Of a stretch of DNA of 64,000 bases, positions 1 to 14,700 are shown in pieces. This DNA comes from Blastocystis sp. Blastoise (lineage: Eukaryota; Protista; Bigyra: Opalinata): the NCBI GenBank assembly GCA_039096225.1, contig JBBPEB010000024.1, positions 186,001-250,000 of the forward strand, given 5' to 3'. Within the stretch, counting starts at the first letter, position 1; the number at the start of each line of letters is the position of its first letter. A model generated the notes under the pieces. It worked only from the letters and a program-made list of their open reading frames with translations. It was not told the origin of the DNA and did no database searches. The translations under genes were made by a program, and so were the position numbers.

Positions 1-964
1 ATCGTGTTGTTCGTTTTGTTGTTCAGCATTGTGTCTGGGTTAGTTAAAAAATGTTTATATTTGAAATCACAATAGTCTTCTATTGCATTAAAACTGCTTA
101 AAATATTCTGAATAAAGAAACAAAATTACATTATAACATTTACTTTTTTAAAAGATAGTAATAAATTTAGTAGAACTATAATAATTGTCAGTCACATTGA
201 TAAAACGTTGTATCGACACTAACGGTTATACTCATATAGATAAATATTGAAAAAAAAGTAAAAACTCAACATTGTGTGAATTATTAGAAATTTCATTAAT
301 ATAAAATATATTTTTATGACATATGTTTGTATTGAAATGACATATAATACATTAAATCAATTTAATATAAATATATAATAAAATTACAACGATATATTAA
401 AAAAAACTCTTTAAATAAAGTCGTCCCCGAATTCTTTTAGAACTTTAATAAACCGTCCACTCATTATTTTTTTTCGTCCCTTGAAGTTCAAATATTAAGC
501 AAATTTCATCAAAAATTTGCGGACGACTGTGTTTCCAGAAAAATATGGAAACTTTAAAATGAAACGAGACTACTTAGTCTCTCATTGGATTTATAAAATA
601 AAAAAATATGTTGAAAAAATGTTAAATCACAAATTTTTGGAATAACTGTGACATTACTAAAACAAAAGCAGGTCTCAGGGTAGGGACTGATTCATGTAAC
701 TAGTATTAAAAAAGCATTTTAAACAAAAAATAAAACAATATTTAAAAAAAAACAATATTCATGAAAATATTATGATGTTGAACTTTAAAAACGTAAATTC
801 TCCTGGGAATACAAGCTTTTTCAAAAAGTGTCACTTTGGTTCAGGTACTTTAATTATGAAAAAAAATAAAATAGTTTTAGAAAAAAACGAAAAATTATGA
901 AAAAATTCCAAAATTTCTGAAAAAATTACTAAAAGTTTTGAAATTTTTGTGAAAAATTATGGAA

Positions 965-2361
965 AACACAGTAGTGATTGCGACTACAGCTAGAAGTATC
1001 TGTTTTGATCACGTTATATGCGTACCATCTAGAAATATAATTGACTAATCTATCTTCTTATATAGTTCTATGTTGGATTTAAGACTCACAAAATAGTATA
1101 AGAATGATGAACTTTCTGGTTCCTTAGTAATTTCTTCGTTAGAAGTTGTTTGATTATTTTCCATGGATATACTAGAGCCCAATAAGTCCTCATCAAATTT
1201 ATCGTTAGTATCAAATGATATATTATTAGATCTATGTATATCATTATTATGTGTATCAACTATTCCATGTGGAGATTCTATTTCCTTACTAAAACTATCA
1301 AAATCAATACTATTAAATGCTTCTTCTGATTTATAAGAAATGGATGAAGGTAGAACTCCATAAGAAACATGATTTCCTTTCTTCTTTAATACTTCTAGTA
1401 TACCAAGTATAAGATTGTACTTGTTATCACTTTTGGTACCAATAGATTTTAAAGCAGAACGGCAGACACTATTGGTTATATTCATACCTTGTGTATTCAG
1501 ATATCTTTCTAATTGAACAGAAGATTTAAAATAATTAGCCAAATTCTTCTCTCTTAAGTATTCAACAACGGATGTAGATGACATTTGGCTTTTAATAAAA
1601 CGTAGATTCTTCTAATGAAAAACTATATTAATACTTAGTTTTGTACATATTTCATTAAAATGTTCTAAAGTGATTCCATTCGGAAGTTCGTCATTTGAAA
1701 ATATCCTTACAGACGGTTCATTATCGCCACTTGTAGCTATTCCAATAGATTCGTCTATTTTCAGCATTTCCTCAATAGTTATTAATTGCTGATTATCAGT
1801 ACTAGACGGATTAATATGCTTTAAAATAATATCATCTAGAACAGCTATATAAAGAAGTTATAGAAATAATATATACATAATAAATTATAATATATGGTAA
1901 AACGAATTAAAAAAATGAATAATAAGACACTATGAATATATATACCTTTTGGAATAGATTTAATATCTATTTTGTTTAGATATATATATTATTATTCTTA
2001 TTACATATCTATATATATATATAAATATATCTATATATTTATATATATTGAAAAAAATATATAGATATATATATACTTCACTTTTATGTTTTCTATATTT
2101 TTTAAATATAAATCCTCTAATATTATTTCCTCTATAGTCAAGGTGGAACCCACTATTACAAAAAGTGCAGATAATGGTTATTTCACTTTTATATGATTTC
2201 TTAATTTTATATGAATAACCTTTATCTTGAAGTTTTGTACTTATATCTTTTATCAATTCTTTTTTCGTTTGATAAATTGTTTTAATAGAGCATAAATTAT
2301 TACTCTCGAATTCTACCATATCTTCTTGACTTGTAGATTTATCAAAGCAAACTGATTTCAT
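965..2361 (-). pseudogene. Decayed Mutator/MULE transposase (N-terminal half)
   Basis: Exons at about 2361-2077, 1965-1946 and 1845-965. The N-terminal YKIKKS..CTFC..H region resembles a MuDR DNA-binding domain. Reading through the stop at 1045 gives KKID*SIIFLDGTHIT*SKQILLAVVAIT, the first MULE catalytic Asp motif. Three in-frame stops; truncated at about 970. Confidence 0.7.
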
Positions 2362-3831
2362 GTTTTCATTCTGAATACAATTTATATCATCAATGTCATT
2401 AACTTGAATTAAGCGAAATTGAGTTTAAAATATGTTATAAATACATTATTTTAAGTCTCTATGTTTTCGAAACCATTTGGTTATCAAAAAAAAACAAAAA
2501 ACGTGAATAACAAAAAAATAATCTAAAAAGAAAAATAAAATAATTCTTATGATTTTTATTAGAGAATCACTTTTATATAGTGTTTTCGTTTCTAAACAAT
2601 AACAAATCAATAGATAATTCATTCCAGCACACATTTCATTTGTAAAAAATTGTCTTCCTCAAATGGATTAGTAACAATTGTGAACAAAATATTAAAAATA
2701 AGGTTTTTTAACGTTGACTCTCTGAAGTAACTAAAGTTTAACAATAAATAATTACAAATAACTTTTTCAAACTTATAGTTATTTTTTAATTACACTATTT
2801 TTCAGCAATAAGATCTAGTTATAAAGTTTTTCAAGGTTTTTATTAAATCACAAGATGTATTTGATTTAGACTTACTATGTTGGCTGTAACTATATTTATG
2901 ACAAAGAAAATGACTCACATATATCTTTTACTTTATGCATAATAATAAAAGGAGGTGTCTATCTATAGCTAAATTTTGTAATTGAATGTCTATTTATTCA
3001 AACGTCATAGAAAAACAAACACATTATCAATAAATACTCTTTATTTTGATAAATAACGTTTTTTTTTCTTTTTATTTCTTTATTTATCGAATAAGAATTT
3101 CTTTATAGAATATTATCTAATAAAAAAAAATACTTTTTGTATTCATGGGAATTTCTTTTATAAAAAGAGGAAAAATACTATGTTTAAGAACAAATCAGAA
3201 AAAATAAGTCATAAAAGAGATATTTTTTCAGTTTTGTAAAAAAACAATATTTTGCTAAAAAAAATTTAAAGAGAGACATACTTCTCACCAAAATTGAATT
3301 TTTAGACATTTTTATCAGAACCTCATTTTCTATTATTAAAAAAAATAATTAAAAACAGAAGTTTGTGTTTTGTTTGTACTTTATATATTACAGCTATTTT
3401 CAAAATTTTGAGTAGCGTTTGAAAAATTTGAATTTACTCATGGGAAATTTGATGCTACAAAGGAAAATTTTCATGTTATTCATGAAGAAAATACATTTAA
3501 TCCAAGTAGAAATTGTAATCAACAACTACAAAAAATTGAGAATACTTTTGAATAATTCCATTCAAGCTATTTTCTTTATAATAAACATTTACAAAATAAA
3601 ACTTTGACTTTTAGACTTTGTGTGTCATGCTGAGTTGGGGAAAGGCTTTAACCTTTTGTTTAACTGAATGATGATTTGTAGTCATAAAATATTATCAAAA
3701 TTTATGCTATTATTTACATATATAAGTCATTATTAGTCATATTGACACAACCAAAGCTATATTTTATCTTTATGTTACCGTAATTTCGTCATTCAGCAAA
3801 ATTTCTTTTAAAAACATCATAACATAACTTA

Positions 3832-6505
3832 AGAATCAAAACAAATTGATCAATCATTTGTAGTTTTACTCAATAAATCGCGATTATAGTTATCATTTGT
3901 CTTAAAAATTTTAAATTTCAATGATTGGAGAGAAGCCTGGTGACCCGATCAATCGCAATAATGGATATCATTCTCAATAAGAAATATCAATTTTTTTGAT
4001 ATACTCTATTGTGTTTGATTGCTTTTTTAATATTTGATTTCACAAACAAAAATCAATAACGATTGATATAATTTTTTACAAAAAAAGGTATTTACATAGC
4101 AAGTGATATTATCAAAACATATATATTCTATCATTATTATATTACACTTATAATTGCTATTAAATATTTTTATGGAAATATATAAAATGATCCTATATTA
4201 TATGATTGATATATCTAATTTTTTATATGAAAAAAAATATCAAATTGGCCAAATACGGACATCATTAGCAATATACCATTCAATACTTTCACCACAAATG
4301 AATATTTTAATTACAATAGTTTTACATAAATAATTATTTTGTAATAGTAGTTTAATAATGGATGAAAATCCTGCTCCTATACTAGAGTTTAACTACTTTA
4401 GTCATGACTTTGAAGCCGAATTACAAGCAGAGGTTACACTTTATGAACTTGATAATACTATTGTCAACGTTGATGAAGATGAAAAAGCATTATATCCAAC
4501 TTTACTACATGCCAAATTGTCGGATACAAGTTGTGAATCTTTGGTTGGGTTTTCTCAATCTGTTGTTGAAGAAATAATACAATCAGGTATATAATTTTAT
4601 TATTTAACTAAACTAAATAGCTATGCTACACTTTAAAGGAGAAAGATCGAAGTCTTTTCCACCAAACGAATCAATATTTCTAGGTTTAGTTTACTTGAAG
4701 AGAGCAATACCTATTAATACTATTGCTTCGCAGCTGAAAGAGAAAGGATCAAAGGTAAGAACAGCTATTATTAAAGGTGTTGATGCTATATCGAAATGTT
4801 TTGTTCCGTTTGATACTACTCTTGGATGTCCAAGACTGTCTACGAAGTTGCTTCCTGTTGAGAAAGAAAGACTATCTGAACCAGCTAGAAACTCACGATT
4901 CATCATTGATGGTAGACATCAGCGTCTATCATCAATTAGCTGCTCGTTCGAACAGAGAAAGAAGTATTTCTCTCACAAGTTCAAAGGTATTGGCTTATCA
5001 GCACAATATATAGTTAATCATGAAGGACTTTGTCTTTATGTAAGCCCTTCTATGCCCTGCTCAAATGCAGATATCTCTATGTATAGACTCTTCAAACCAC
5101 AAATCATGGCAGGTATCAATGAGCTGATGACAAATATTGGAGATTCTACTAGCTACGTCTACATAATGGGTGATAAAGGCTATCGTTGTGAGGACTGTCC
5201 AGAGTTGATTACTCTTGCTACCGGTTGTAACGATATTACCTATAATAGATATAGAATATTAATAGAAAACTTCTTTGGTAGGATGATAAAAGTATTTCGT
5301 GCTGCTAAAGAACCTTTCATGCTTTCCGAAGAAAGATTTGATGCCTTTAACCTTGCCCTAGCATATCTAACTAATATGCATATAAAGTTATCACCCTTGC
5401 GTCAAGAAGAATACAAGTTACTCGTTGTGTGTTATGATAAGATCGAACAGCTCCACCGTCAAAAGGCAACAAAACACAAAGAATCACAACAGAAATATTT
5501 ACGTTCAATCAATAACAGTTAGGCCAGTATGTTTAGTTAGTTTCTATATTTATTCCTATATATTATAATTATATAGGTCTCTATTGTTATAGTAATAATA
5601 ATATTATGATAGATATAATAACATACACAAACTATTTTATTGATTGTTTGTTTGACTTAGTGATGTGTATAAAGATAAACTATCAGTTTTGTTTTGTTCT
5701 TTTCTTTGCTTTGTATTCTTTTTATTACGAATAACGATGACATAATACTATATACATATAATATAAACATGAATAAATAATATAGCAATAAGTAGATTAT
5801 AATATAGTTGACTATAAGTATATCTGTCATTATCCCTTGTTGTAGTCGTATAAGTACTTCTTAAGAAGATAGACACTGACATAACACTCTATTATTATGA
5901 CTCTTACCTTTTATATAGTATAGTGTTACTCTGCTTGCAGGATAGTATAATGTTAAAAAGAATCTACTTAAAGCACTGATAAGAACCTAACACACAACCC
6001 TATAAATAGTATAGATAGATATATATAGCATAGTATAATATAGGACATACCTTCAAACCGTCAATACACAATGAGGAATGTTGACCATATGGTCAGAACA
6101 ACTTTAAACTTTGACCAAGTATAATATAGGTCAAGTTAGGAAAATAGCCAAAAAATTGTCAAAAAATAATGAATGGCTAAGGAGAAAACGTCCTTATAAA
6201 TATGCCTCTTATATCAATCACTATTGATTTTATCATTTAGAATCTTCAAGTGTAATGCCACTGGAAGTAGTGATACGACTATTGGCTAAACAATTTATCA
6301 TTCACAAATATATTGGTCAATTTTTATTGATAATATTTTTTTCTTTTTTTATTATCAATCGCCAATGACATGATCAAAAGCGAAACACAAAGTCAATGGC
6401 TATGAAAAATACTAAAAAGATTGATTCCCGTGATTGCGTTTGACCTTAGTATATTTTGTTTGACTATAACATTTCTGTTTTGATCAGTCAGTTACGCAAG
6501 GTTCT
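3832..6505 (+). mobile_element. PIF/Harbinger-superfamily element nested in the left TIR of the Tc1 element
   Basis: Comparison with the intact right TIR (AACATAAC-TTA-AACAT) shows a 3-bp TTA duplication at 3829-3831 and 6506-6508. Ends AGAATC.../...GGTTCT form only a short, imperfect TIR. Encodes a DDE_Tnp_4-type transposase. Confidence 0.85.
4358..5522 (+). CDS. PIF/Harbinger (DDE_Tnp_4-like) transposase, 2 exons
   Basis: A 34-nt GT-AG intron at 4587-4620 joins ORFs 4358 and 4623 in frame. Motifs IIDGRH, YFSHKFK, MGDKGY, RILIENFFGRM. Confidence 0.88.
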
Positions 6506-6711
6506 TTAAACATAATAAAACTAATTAAAATAATCACGAAAATAAAAAAATATAATAAAAATAAATAAAATAATAAAAAGTAACAAAAACATAGAAATTT
6601 GACAGTATTTTGCCAAATAGAAATTTCTTTATTTTTTTCTGAGAAATTTTTCTTATTCTTTTCTTTACTAATTTCAAGTGTATTTTTTCTTTGTCTATTT
6701 TATTTTTTGTT

Positions 6712-8019
6712 ATGAATTCAAATATTCCAGAAATAACTCCTGAAATTCAAAATACAACTGCAGCTCCTGTTACTAGCTCGTATATTCTTATCATACTGCT
6801 TCTAAATTCTCTAGTCGTAGAATATCCTCACGCATTGCCGAAAGAAACAGACTCGACCAAATAGCTTCAAACAATTTGACTTTGAATAAACGTAAAGTCA
6901 CAAAGATTCCAGACTCTGAGAAAGAAAAGCTAACTGAGTTATGGGCTATTCATGGCTATAGGTGGACTCCTGAAGACTACTCTCTTGAACTTAATATAAG
7001 GCTAGATGTTGTTAAAAGATATGTTAGAAACCTAGCGAATAACATCCCGTTAATCAAAGAAAGGAAGAAACGAGGTCGTCATACTATTATTACTCCTCAG
7101 ATGTCCCGTAAGATGAAGAATATGTTTATAATAGATCCAAAGTTAACATTAGGTGATGCTTGTATGGTTATCTCTGATAGTTCCTCTACGTCTATATTTG
7201 AGCGTGATATAGATACATACAATGTTTCTCTAGAGGTTCAAACTGCTGCAATTGAAGAATTACGTAATCTAAAAGGCTCTAATACTCCTCCTGTTTGTAG
7301 TAAATCTACAATTGCTAAACATTTACACAGTAGTAAAATGGCAGATCATGTTGGTACATCATTCAACATTAAAAAACTATATAAGCGTGGCCCCAATTCT
7401 AATAATGATGAAAATAAACAAAGAAGAAAAGATGTATATGAAGAAATAGATAGAATGATAAGTAATGGTATAAGAATTATATATATTGATGAAGTACACT
7501 GGTCCTTTAATAATTATACTCAGTATGGTTGGGGTAAGACAGGAGAGAAAATATATTATCAAAATATCTCAAAACGATTATCGTTAACTGCTTTAGCTAC
7601 AATTAGTTCTAGTGGAGTTGGATATACTGAATTATTAGGGAATACTGTTACTGGTGACGTCTTTTGTAATTTTCTAACAAATGCCTTAGAACATTATGTT
7701 GCTGATGATGCTAGTACTTGTATTTATATGGATAACGCCCCCGTTCACCAAAAAGGTAGGATCAATGATATATGTAATCAATTTAATGTTAGTGTTATTT
7801 ATGGTCCTAAATATACACCTGACATGAACCCAATTGAAAACATTTTTGGTATTTGGAAACAAAGAGCAGAAGTAAAAATTAAGCAATGGAATGGATTAGA
7901 TGATTTTATAGAAAAGATAAGTGAAGAATGGAAATCTATCGACGCTGCTACTATTCGAAAGTCAATTAATCATGTTATGGGTGAAATACGTGAAATGGTC
8001 AATGCTGATAAAGATCTTT

Positions 8020-8021
<2 letters not shown>
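6712..8021 (+). CDS. Tc1/IS630-family DD34E transposase, 2 exons
   Basis: ATG at 6712; a 35-nt intron at 6780-6814 restores the frame into ORF 6876-8021. Motifs IYIDE, YMDNAPVH, YTPDMNPIENIFG; 34 residues between the second D and E. Confidence 0.9.
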
Positions 8022-8058
<37 letters not shown>

Positions 8059-10271
8059 CATTTAATATTTGATAGTTTTTATTATAATATATATAGCTAT
8101 ATAAATAATTAGCCTAATTTATTCATAGTCTAAAGTTTTGTATATTACATCAACATTTTCTACTTTATATCAAACTAAAATAACTTTATATAACTAAATA
8201 TACACTTATCTATTGTTTATAAAGCATAAATTTTATATATTGATTAATAAGATAAAAATTTGTTTAGTTAAAATTAAAGGTTGCAAAAAAAAAATAGACA
8301 AAGAAAAAATACACTTGAAATTAGTAAAGAAAAGAATAAGAAAAATTTCTCAGAAAAAAATAAAGAAATTTCTATTTGGCAAAATTCTGTCAAATTTCTA
8401 TGTTTTTGTTACTTTTTATTATTTTATTTATTTTTATTATATTTTTTTATTTTCGTGATTATTTTAATTAGTTTTATTATGTTTAAGTTATGTTATGATG
8501 TTTTTAAAAGAAATTTTGCTGAATGACGAAATTACGGTAACATAAAGATAAAATATAGCTTTGGTTGTGTCAATATGACTAATAATGACTTATATATGTA
8601 AATAATAGCATAAATTTTGATAATATTTTATGACTACAAATCATCATTCAGTTAAACAAAAGGTTAAAGCCTTTCCCCAACTCAGCATGACACACAAAGT
8701 CTAAAAGTCAAAGTTTTATTTTGTAAATGTTTATTATAAAGAAAATAGCTTGAATGGAATTATTCAAAAGTATTCTCAATTTTTAGTAGTTGTTGATTAC
8801 AATTTCTACTTGGATTAAATGTATTTTCTTCATGAATAACATGAAAATTTTCCTTTGTAGCATCAAATTTCCCATGAGTAAATTCAAATTTTTCAAACGC
8901 TACTCAAAATTTTGAAAATAGCTGTACCTTTCTATTCTTTTATTATACAACATTCTTTTTTTAATAAATATATAAATAAAATAAATATTCTTTTTTGACT
9001 ATTGAATTTTTATTTAAAACGATTTTGACAACAAATTAGTAAATTATTTAAAAAATACTTTCAATAATGACCTGAATACACATTAGTGGCCATTTTACTC
9101 ACAAAACTAACAACTGTTTAAAAAATTAAACACAACAATGTAATTCACTCATTTTTTGATACTATTCATTTTTATTTTTTTAACTACAAACATGTTTAGA
9201 ATACTTACCATTATTAGAAAAACACTTTAGTGACATATTTGCAAAACATATTACAAAGAATGGGTCAAAATATCAAACTTTTTTTATTTTTTAATTGAAT
9301 TGAATATATATATTTAATATATACGTTATTTAAAAAACATTCAGTAAAAAATATTTATTACTATTGCTTTATAACTCAACAATTAAAAAAACATTTCAAG
9401 TTGACTCTTTAAAATAATTTTTAAAACTAACTATCAACAGTTTAATGAATTATTATGGTTTTGTTTAGAATCATCCAGTTATGAAAGACTTTTGAAAGAC
9501 TTTACCATTTTGAAATGTTTTGCATCAAAATAAAATCGTCTATAATTTTGTCATTCGTTAATATGTGTCATAAACAGTTACTAATAATCAAAATTGACTT
9601 GAATCTCTACTATGTAAAATTAATTGTAAATGAATTCACTCTTTAAAACAAAATATTGAAAAATAGGTTTAATTTCTTTATTTATATTTCATTATAAAAC
9701 TAAATTTTATCATTTTTTATTGAATTTAAAAAACATAGAGTCAGAATGAAGACACATCTTCAAAATACAAAATTATTTTAAAAGTATTTTTTACTCACAT
9801 ACATCTATATAACAGTATCCAACTCATTTTTACACTTTATGTTTAAAATTAATAGTGATAAGTCACAATTATACTGTTTTCAACTTTTCAATATAAATAT
9901 AACCAACACTTGTTTAAAGTCTTATATTATACATGTATTCAGTAATTGAATGTTAATTTGTCAAACAACTCATCAAAGTATCTTTACATCAGCCAATCTG
10001 TTTGTTAATTGTCTTCTAAAAAGTCAATATTTACAAATTGTATGTCTAAAGGCTTAATATATTTGTAAATATTAGTTGTATAATTTAGAACATTCTCATT
10101 CAACTCAAAATGAATAAAAAAACAAAAACAAAAAAACTTTAAAAAAGACGTAATAATTATTTATTTAATAACTCTTTCAATTTTGACTTAATAAAAATAT
10201 TTTTCATATACTTTTAATAAGAATAGCATAATATATATAAATTCTATTATATTTTATATATATATTATAAA

Positions 10272-11240
10272 TTGATGACCGAAATCGGCCTTAGTTAAAA
10301 CAATAAAAATAAATTTTTTGAAAAACAAAGAAATTACTATTTCATTTTTGACCCCAAGATTCAGCTATGTTTTACAATTTGAGTTCATATATGTATGTAA
10401 TAGTACATTGTGTATCCATATAAGTGTTAAAAAGTGTGTTAGGAAAACATTTCTTGGCGTAAAGTCGCAATTAACTTTTTTTTAACCTTTTTTTAAAACT
10501 CGTTTAAAGAAACTAAATATGATAGTATTGTTTACAGTACATATATATGTCAAATATGAAGTCAAGAGTCAAAATTTAAAGGGTCAAAAACTGTTGATAA
10601 ACCAACATTCTTTCTTTCAAAGTGTAAGAATCACATATTTATGCATAGTTGAGGACACTGAACTGTAAACTAAAGTCAGAATTTAATTTATTGATACTTC
10701 ACTGGATACATATCCAGTCATCTTTGCTTCAGAGTTATAAAAATGTGTTGTATGAGTGGCGATTTTTATCTAAATGTAAAATATAAAGTCAGATAGTCTT
10801 TGGAAAGAGTTAAATGATTTCGATATGTTTCTGACTTCAATCATTTTGTAATTTTTTCATATATTTTGAGACGGGATATGTAGTAATAAAGATAACTGAA
10901 GTCTAATGTTTAAATAAATGAAAATTGTTGGCAGAACACGCAATTGAAGTTTTTTGTCACTTTTTCAACATGTCAAAAACAGGTTTTAATCACTTTTAGG
11001 ATGTTTTCATGACTAATAATGATGACTGGAGTTGTTTCTATAAAATTTGAAAGGGGTCAAAAGAGAATGTGTTCGATATTTCCAAACTGTGTGGATGAAA
11101 TTTTTTAAACTTCTTATATTTATTGATTACAGGACTTATTCTATGCATATAGGTTGATTATATGTCGTTAAAGTCACTTGAAAAAATGATTATTTGTTTA
11201 ATTGTCTTTTTAAAATCTAAAAGTAGTTTATTTGTTTAAC
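10272..11240. repeat. Diverged dispersed non-coding repeat (copy 1; homologous to ~50575-51540)
   Basis: Collinear shared blocks, e.g. AAAAGTGTGTTAGGA, AAAGTCGCAATTAACTTTTTTTAACC, ATGAAAATTGTTG.CAGAAC. Confidence 0.75.
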
Positions 11241-11707
11241 CTGATATTTAAAATATATAAAAATTATTTTATTCACTACCGTCGTTTTTTTTTTTTAGTG
11301 AAAAGGTAGTTTGAAGTTTTAGTGAGGTTTCCCCAATAATTGTTTCGTGAAAAAATGGGAATAGGTTTTTGTGATTTTGGCGACAGGGAAAACAGTGAAT
11401 AAGGATGACACACCCTAAAATGCCGAGAGTCCACCGAGAGCTCTATTCACCGTCAGGTATAATCGTGAATATAAAAATACCTCTAATGAGAAATTTTGCT
11501 TGTTAAAATTTAAGCATTTTTTCAGCTAGGCGAAAAGAGTAGCCAAAAAATAGGTTAATTTTGTCGGATATGGTCTTTCTTTTCATTCGTTCATTATTTT
11601 TTTCATTTATTTAATCGTTGTGTGAATGATAATAAACAATATAATAACAAAAGACGATAAATAATAAGATAAAAATTAAAACTATAAGAAAATAATAAAT
11701 ATAATGG

Positions 11708-12249
11708 TTATTTTTGTTGATTTTGAGTCAATTGAGAAGGATTTTGGATCACTATATATATATAATGATAGAAATAATAGAATAGATATAATAGATCAAT
11801 AAATACCTTCATATACCACTTGTAGAACACCCCATAATGAAGAACAAACACTATAAAAAAAGAATGTAAAAAAATAAATATAATATAGCAATATACCTTC
11901 AACCACCAAACAGACTAGACCAATAGAGACCTCATGAAGGACCTAAAACCTAAATAAAAATAAAAATAGTTAATTTCAAAAAAATAAAATATAATAAAAT
12001 ACCTTCAGAACCAGTGAGTTGCTGACTAAGGAGACAACTAACAACACCTAAACCTATAGAAGATGATAATAATAATAACAAAGAGAATGCTAAAAATATA
12101 TACCGTTTATAACACCAGATTTCTGATCACCTGGACCCCACATGTCATGAGTTAACTATAGAGAATGAAATAAATGAAAAAGAAACATACCTTTAAAGAA
12201 GAAGACCAATTAGGACCTATTTGAAATCATTTTGACACGCCAGTAAGCC
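11708..12249 (-). other. Cluster of ~45-58-nt micro-exons (possible small spliced gene, probably decayed)
   Basis: Six GC-richer segments bounded by TAG| acceptors and (five of them) G|GTAT donors, separated by AT-only introns. Some join in frame (MWGPGDQKSGVIN|GLGVVSCLLSQQLTGSE|...|VIQNPSQLTQNQQK*); others do not. Confidence 0.45.
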
Positions 12250-13091
12250 TATAGAGTATAAGATAAATAAAAAAATATATATATACATTTTATAATATAT
12301 AAAATATAGTTGTAAATTAAATAAAAATAAAAATAAATATGTGAAAAGATTGAATCTTAAAAACAAAGAGAAATTCCCCCTTACAATTTTTTTTTTATAT
12401 AATAAAAGTCTTTAGAAAATCTGGATTTTCAGGGGTTAAAACATTCAAAAATTTCCCCTTTTTCTCTTTTATAAAGTCTATTTGAATTTAAAAATGATTT
12501 TTAAATGTATTATGTGTTTATGAACCTTAATTATTTAATTTCAATATGTTTAAGACTTATTAAAAAAAGAATCGTTATTTTTAAAAGTTTTATTTTCAAT
12601 TAAATATATTTGTCTGCTAATTTTATATAATAATATTTAATTTATACTATGAAGATCCTAAAGAATCAAAATATATATTTAGTATAATTACTTATAGAGA
12701 CATGATTCACAATTCATAAACTTTTGTTTTTTATAAGTTTTATTCCAACGAATTACAGAGTATTATAAGTGACTGAATAAATGAAATATCTTTGAAAGGT
12801 CGTCAAGTTGTTTAAGACATAATAGAGAATGTAATTTATAAAAATATTAACTATACTGAAACTTACTCCTTTTTCCTATTATTCTAAAAGAATTCTATAA
12901 ATAATTTTATTACTAAATACTACAAAACAAAAAGAATAATATATACGTAATTAAAACACAAAAAAAGATAGATAAAAAAGATAATATATAGTATATATAT
13001 AGTAGTATATCATTGTAATATATATAATATAAATATATATGAAACTTCTTTCAATCATAGAGAGGTATCATTATCTTAATATCTAAATCAA

Positions 13092-13235
13092 TTATCCAAA
13101 AGTCTGGTTGATGAGTTGTTGAAGGAGGAGGAGAGAGAGATAACGAAGAGAAGATACAGATGATAGGACACAAGGGTAGAGAGAGTCAGAAATAGAATTA
13201 TATACTGAAGACAAACTGGAGTACTGCTCATCTAT

Positions 13236-13312
<77 letters not shown>

Positions 13313-13768
13313 TTCAAGAATATTATTTTGTAAGAGGTGCCATTTTGGTAAGACATCTGGTAATTCCCGCGGTTATCTCTTTTAATGTTGCTAGATAGAG
13401 AGGAGGTGAGGTAAGAGGAGAGAGATAAGGCAGAAGGAGGGAATATATGGCGGGATAGAGATTGGCGGGAGAAATAGTAGGGGGAGGAATAGAGAGAGAA
13501 TAACTAGAATTACATATTTGGAAAGGATAATACATAAGAAGTGCTCCAACAACCGTGACGCACCTCTGTTTGGTGGTAAATTGGGAGTTGAGAACTATGG
13601 CTGTTATCTCTATATTATATATATATAATATAATATAATAAAATATATATATATATATATAATGCATATAATATATAAATACTAGTTCCTTTAGGTATAC
13701 ATAATGGTTGTATATAGGCCTGGAGAAGTGTCCAGAGAGGTTTTGGAGATAAATTAAGGGTTGAGATC

Positions 13769-13864
<96 letters not shown>

Positions 13865-14519
13865 CTATATATATATACAATAGTGACCAATGCAGAGATA
13901 GTTTTATCGATTAGTTTGATTTGAGGGCACGTGCCTATAATAGAATAGAGAGAAGAGCAGATCGAGGACCAAAGGGAACTTGACCATTCCTCTTTAACTA
14001 ACTATATATATATAATATCATAAACAATATACATTTCATAATTCATATATAAATACTATACTATTCTATAGAACTATATATATATACCTTTTGTATAATA
14101 TCTAGAAGAACGTCTCGGATATTCTCTTGTTCCGCGGGGGAGACACCGATATCGTTTGTGAGATAGGAATGAAGGAGGGGGAGAGAAGGAAGAAGAGAAG
14201 AAGGAGAAGAAGGAGTAACTACTACTAATAATAATAAGCAATAACACTATATATTTAAGATGATAGAAGAATTATTACTATTAATATATATAATACTAAT
14301 TGTATTCCTTGTTCCTGTTTGTCTTCTATTTCAAGAACACATGATATCCCAGTCCCCACAACGTATGTCGCCATTTTTCCCAATGAGAGTTTCAAATCTT
14401 GATTTAGTTCACAACACAATTTAAGAATTCTGGAGAACTGGTTGAATCGTGCCTCTAGAGTGTTCTTAGAATAAATAACACCCAAATGTTTTCCTAATAA
14501 CGTGACCAACTATATAAAG

Positions 14520-14564
<45 letters not shown>

Positions 14565-14611
14565 GATAGTACATATATAGAAATAGATGGTACATATATA
14601 GAGAGATAGAA

Positions 14612-14700
<89 letters not shown>

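Larger units (their letters stand above)
3391..8924 (+). mobile_element. Tc1/IS630 (DD34E) DNA transposon with long (~640 bp) TIRs and TA TSD
   Basis: Termini TA|CAGCTATTTTC ... GAAAATAGCTG|TA. 3391-3832 is the near-perfect inverse of 8483-8924, and ~6506-6705 is the inverse of ~8284-8486, so the left TIR is split by an insertion. Confidence 0.92.

Noticed and set aside
418-971. Small MITE-like inverted repeats (AGTCGTCC 419/521; CTGTGTTT 527/971)
   Set aside because: Arms are short and imperfect with no TSD; insufficient support.
6876-8021. Bacterial IS630 or IS5 contamination
   Set aside because: Spliceosomal introns restore the frames, and long TIRs with TA TSDs are embedded in eukaryotic sequence.
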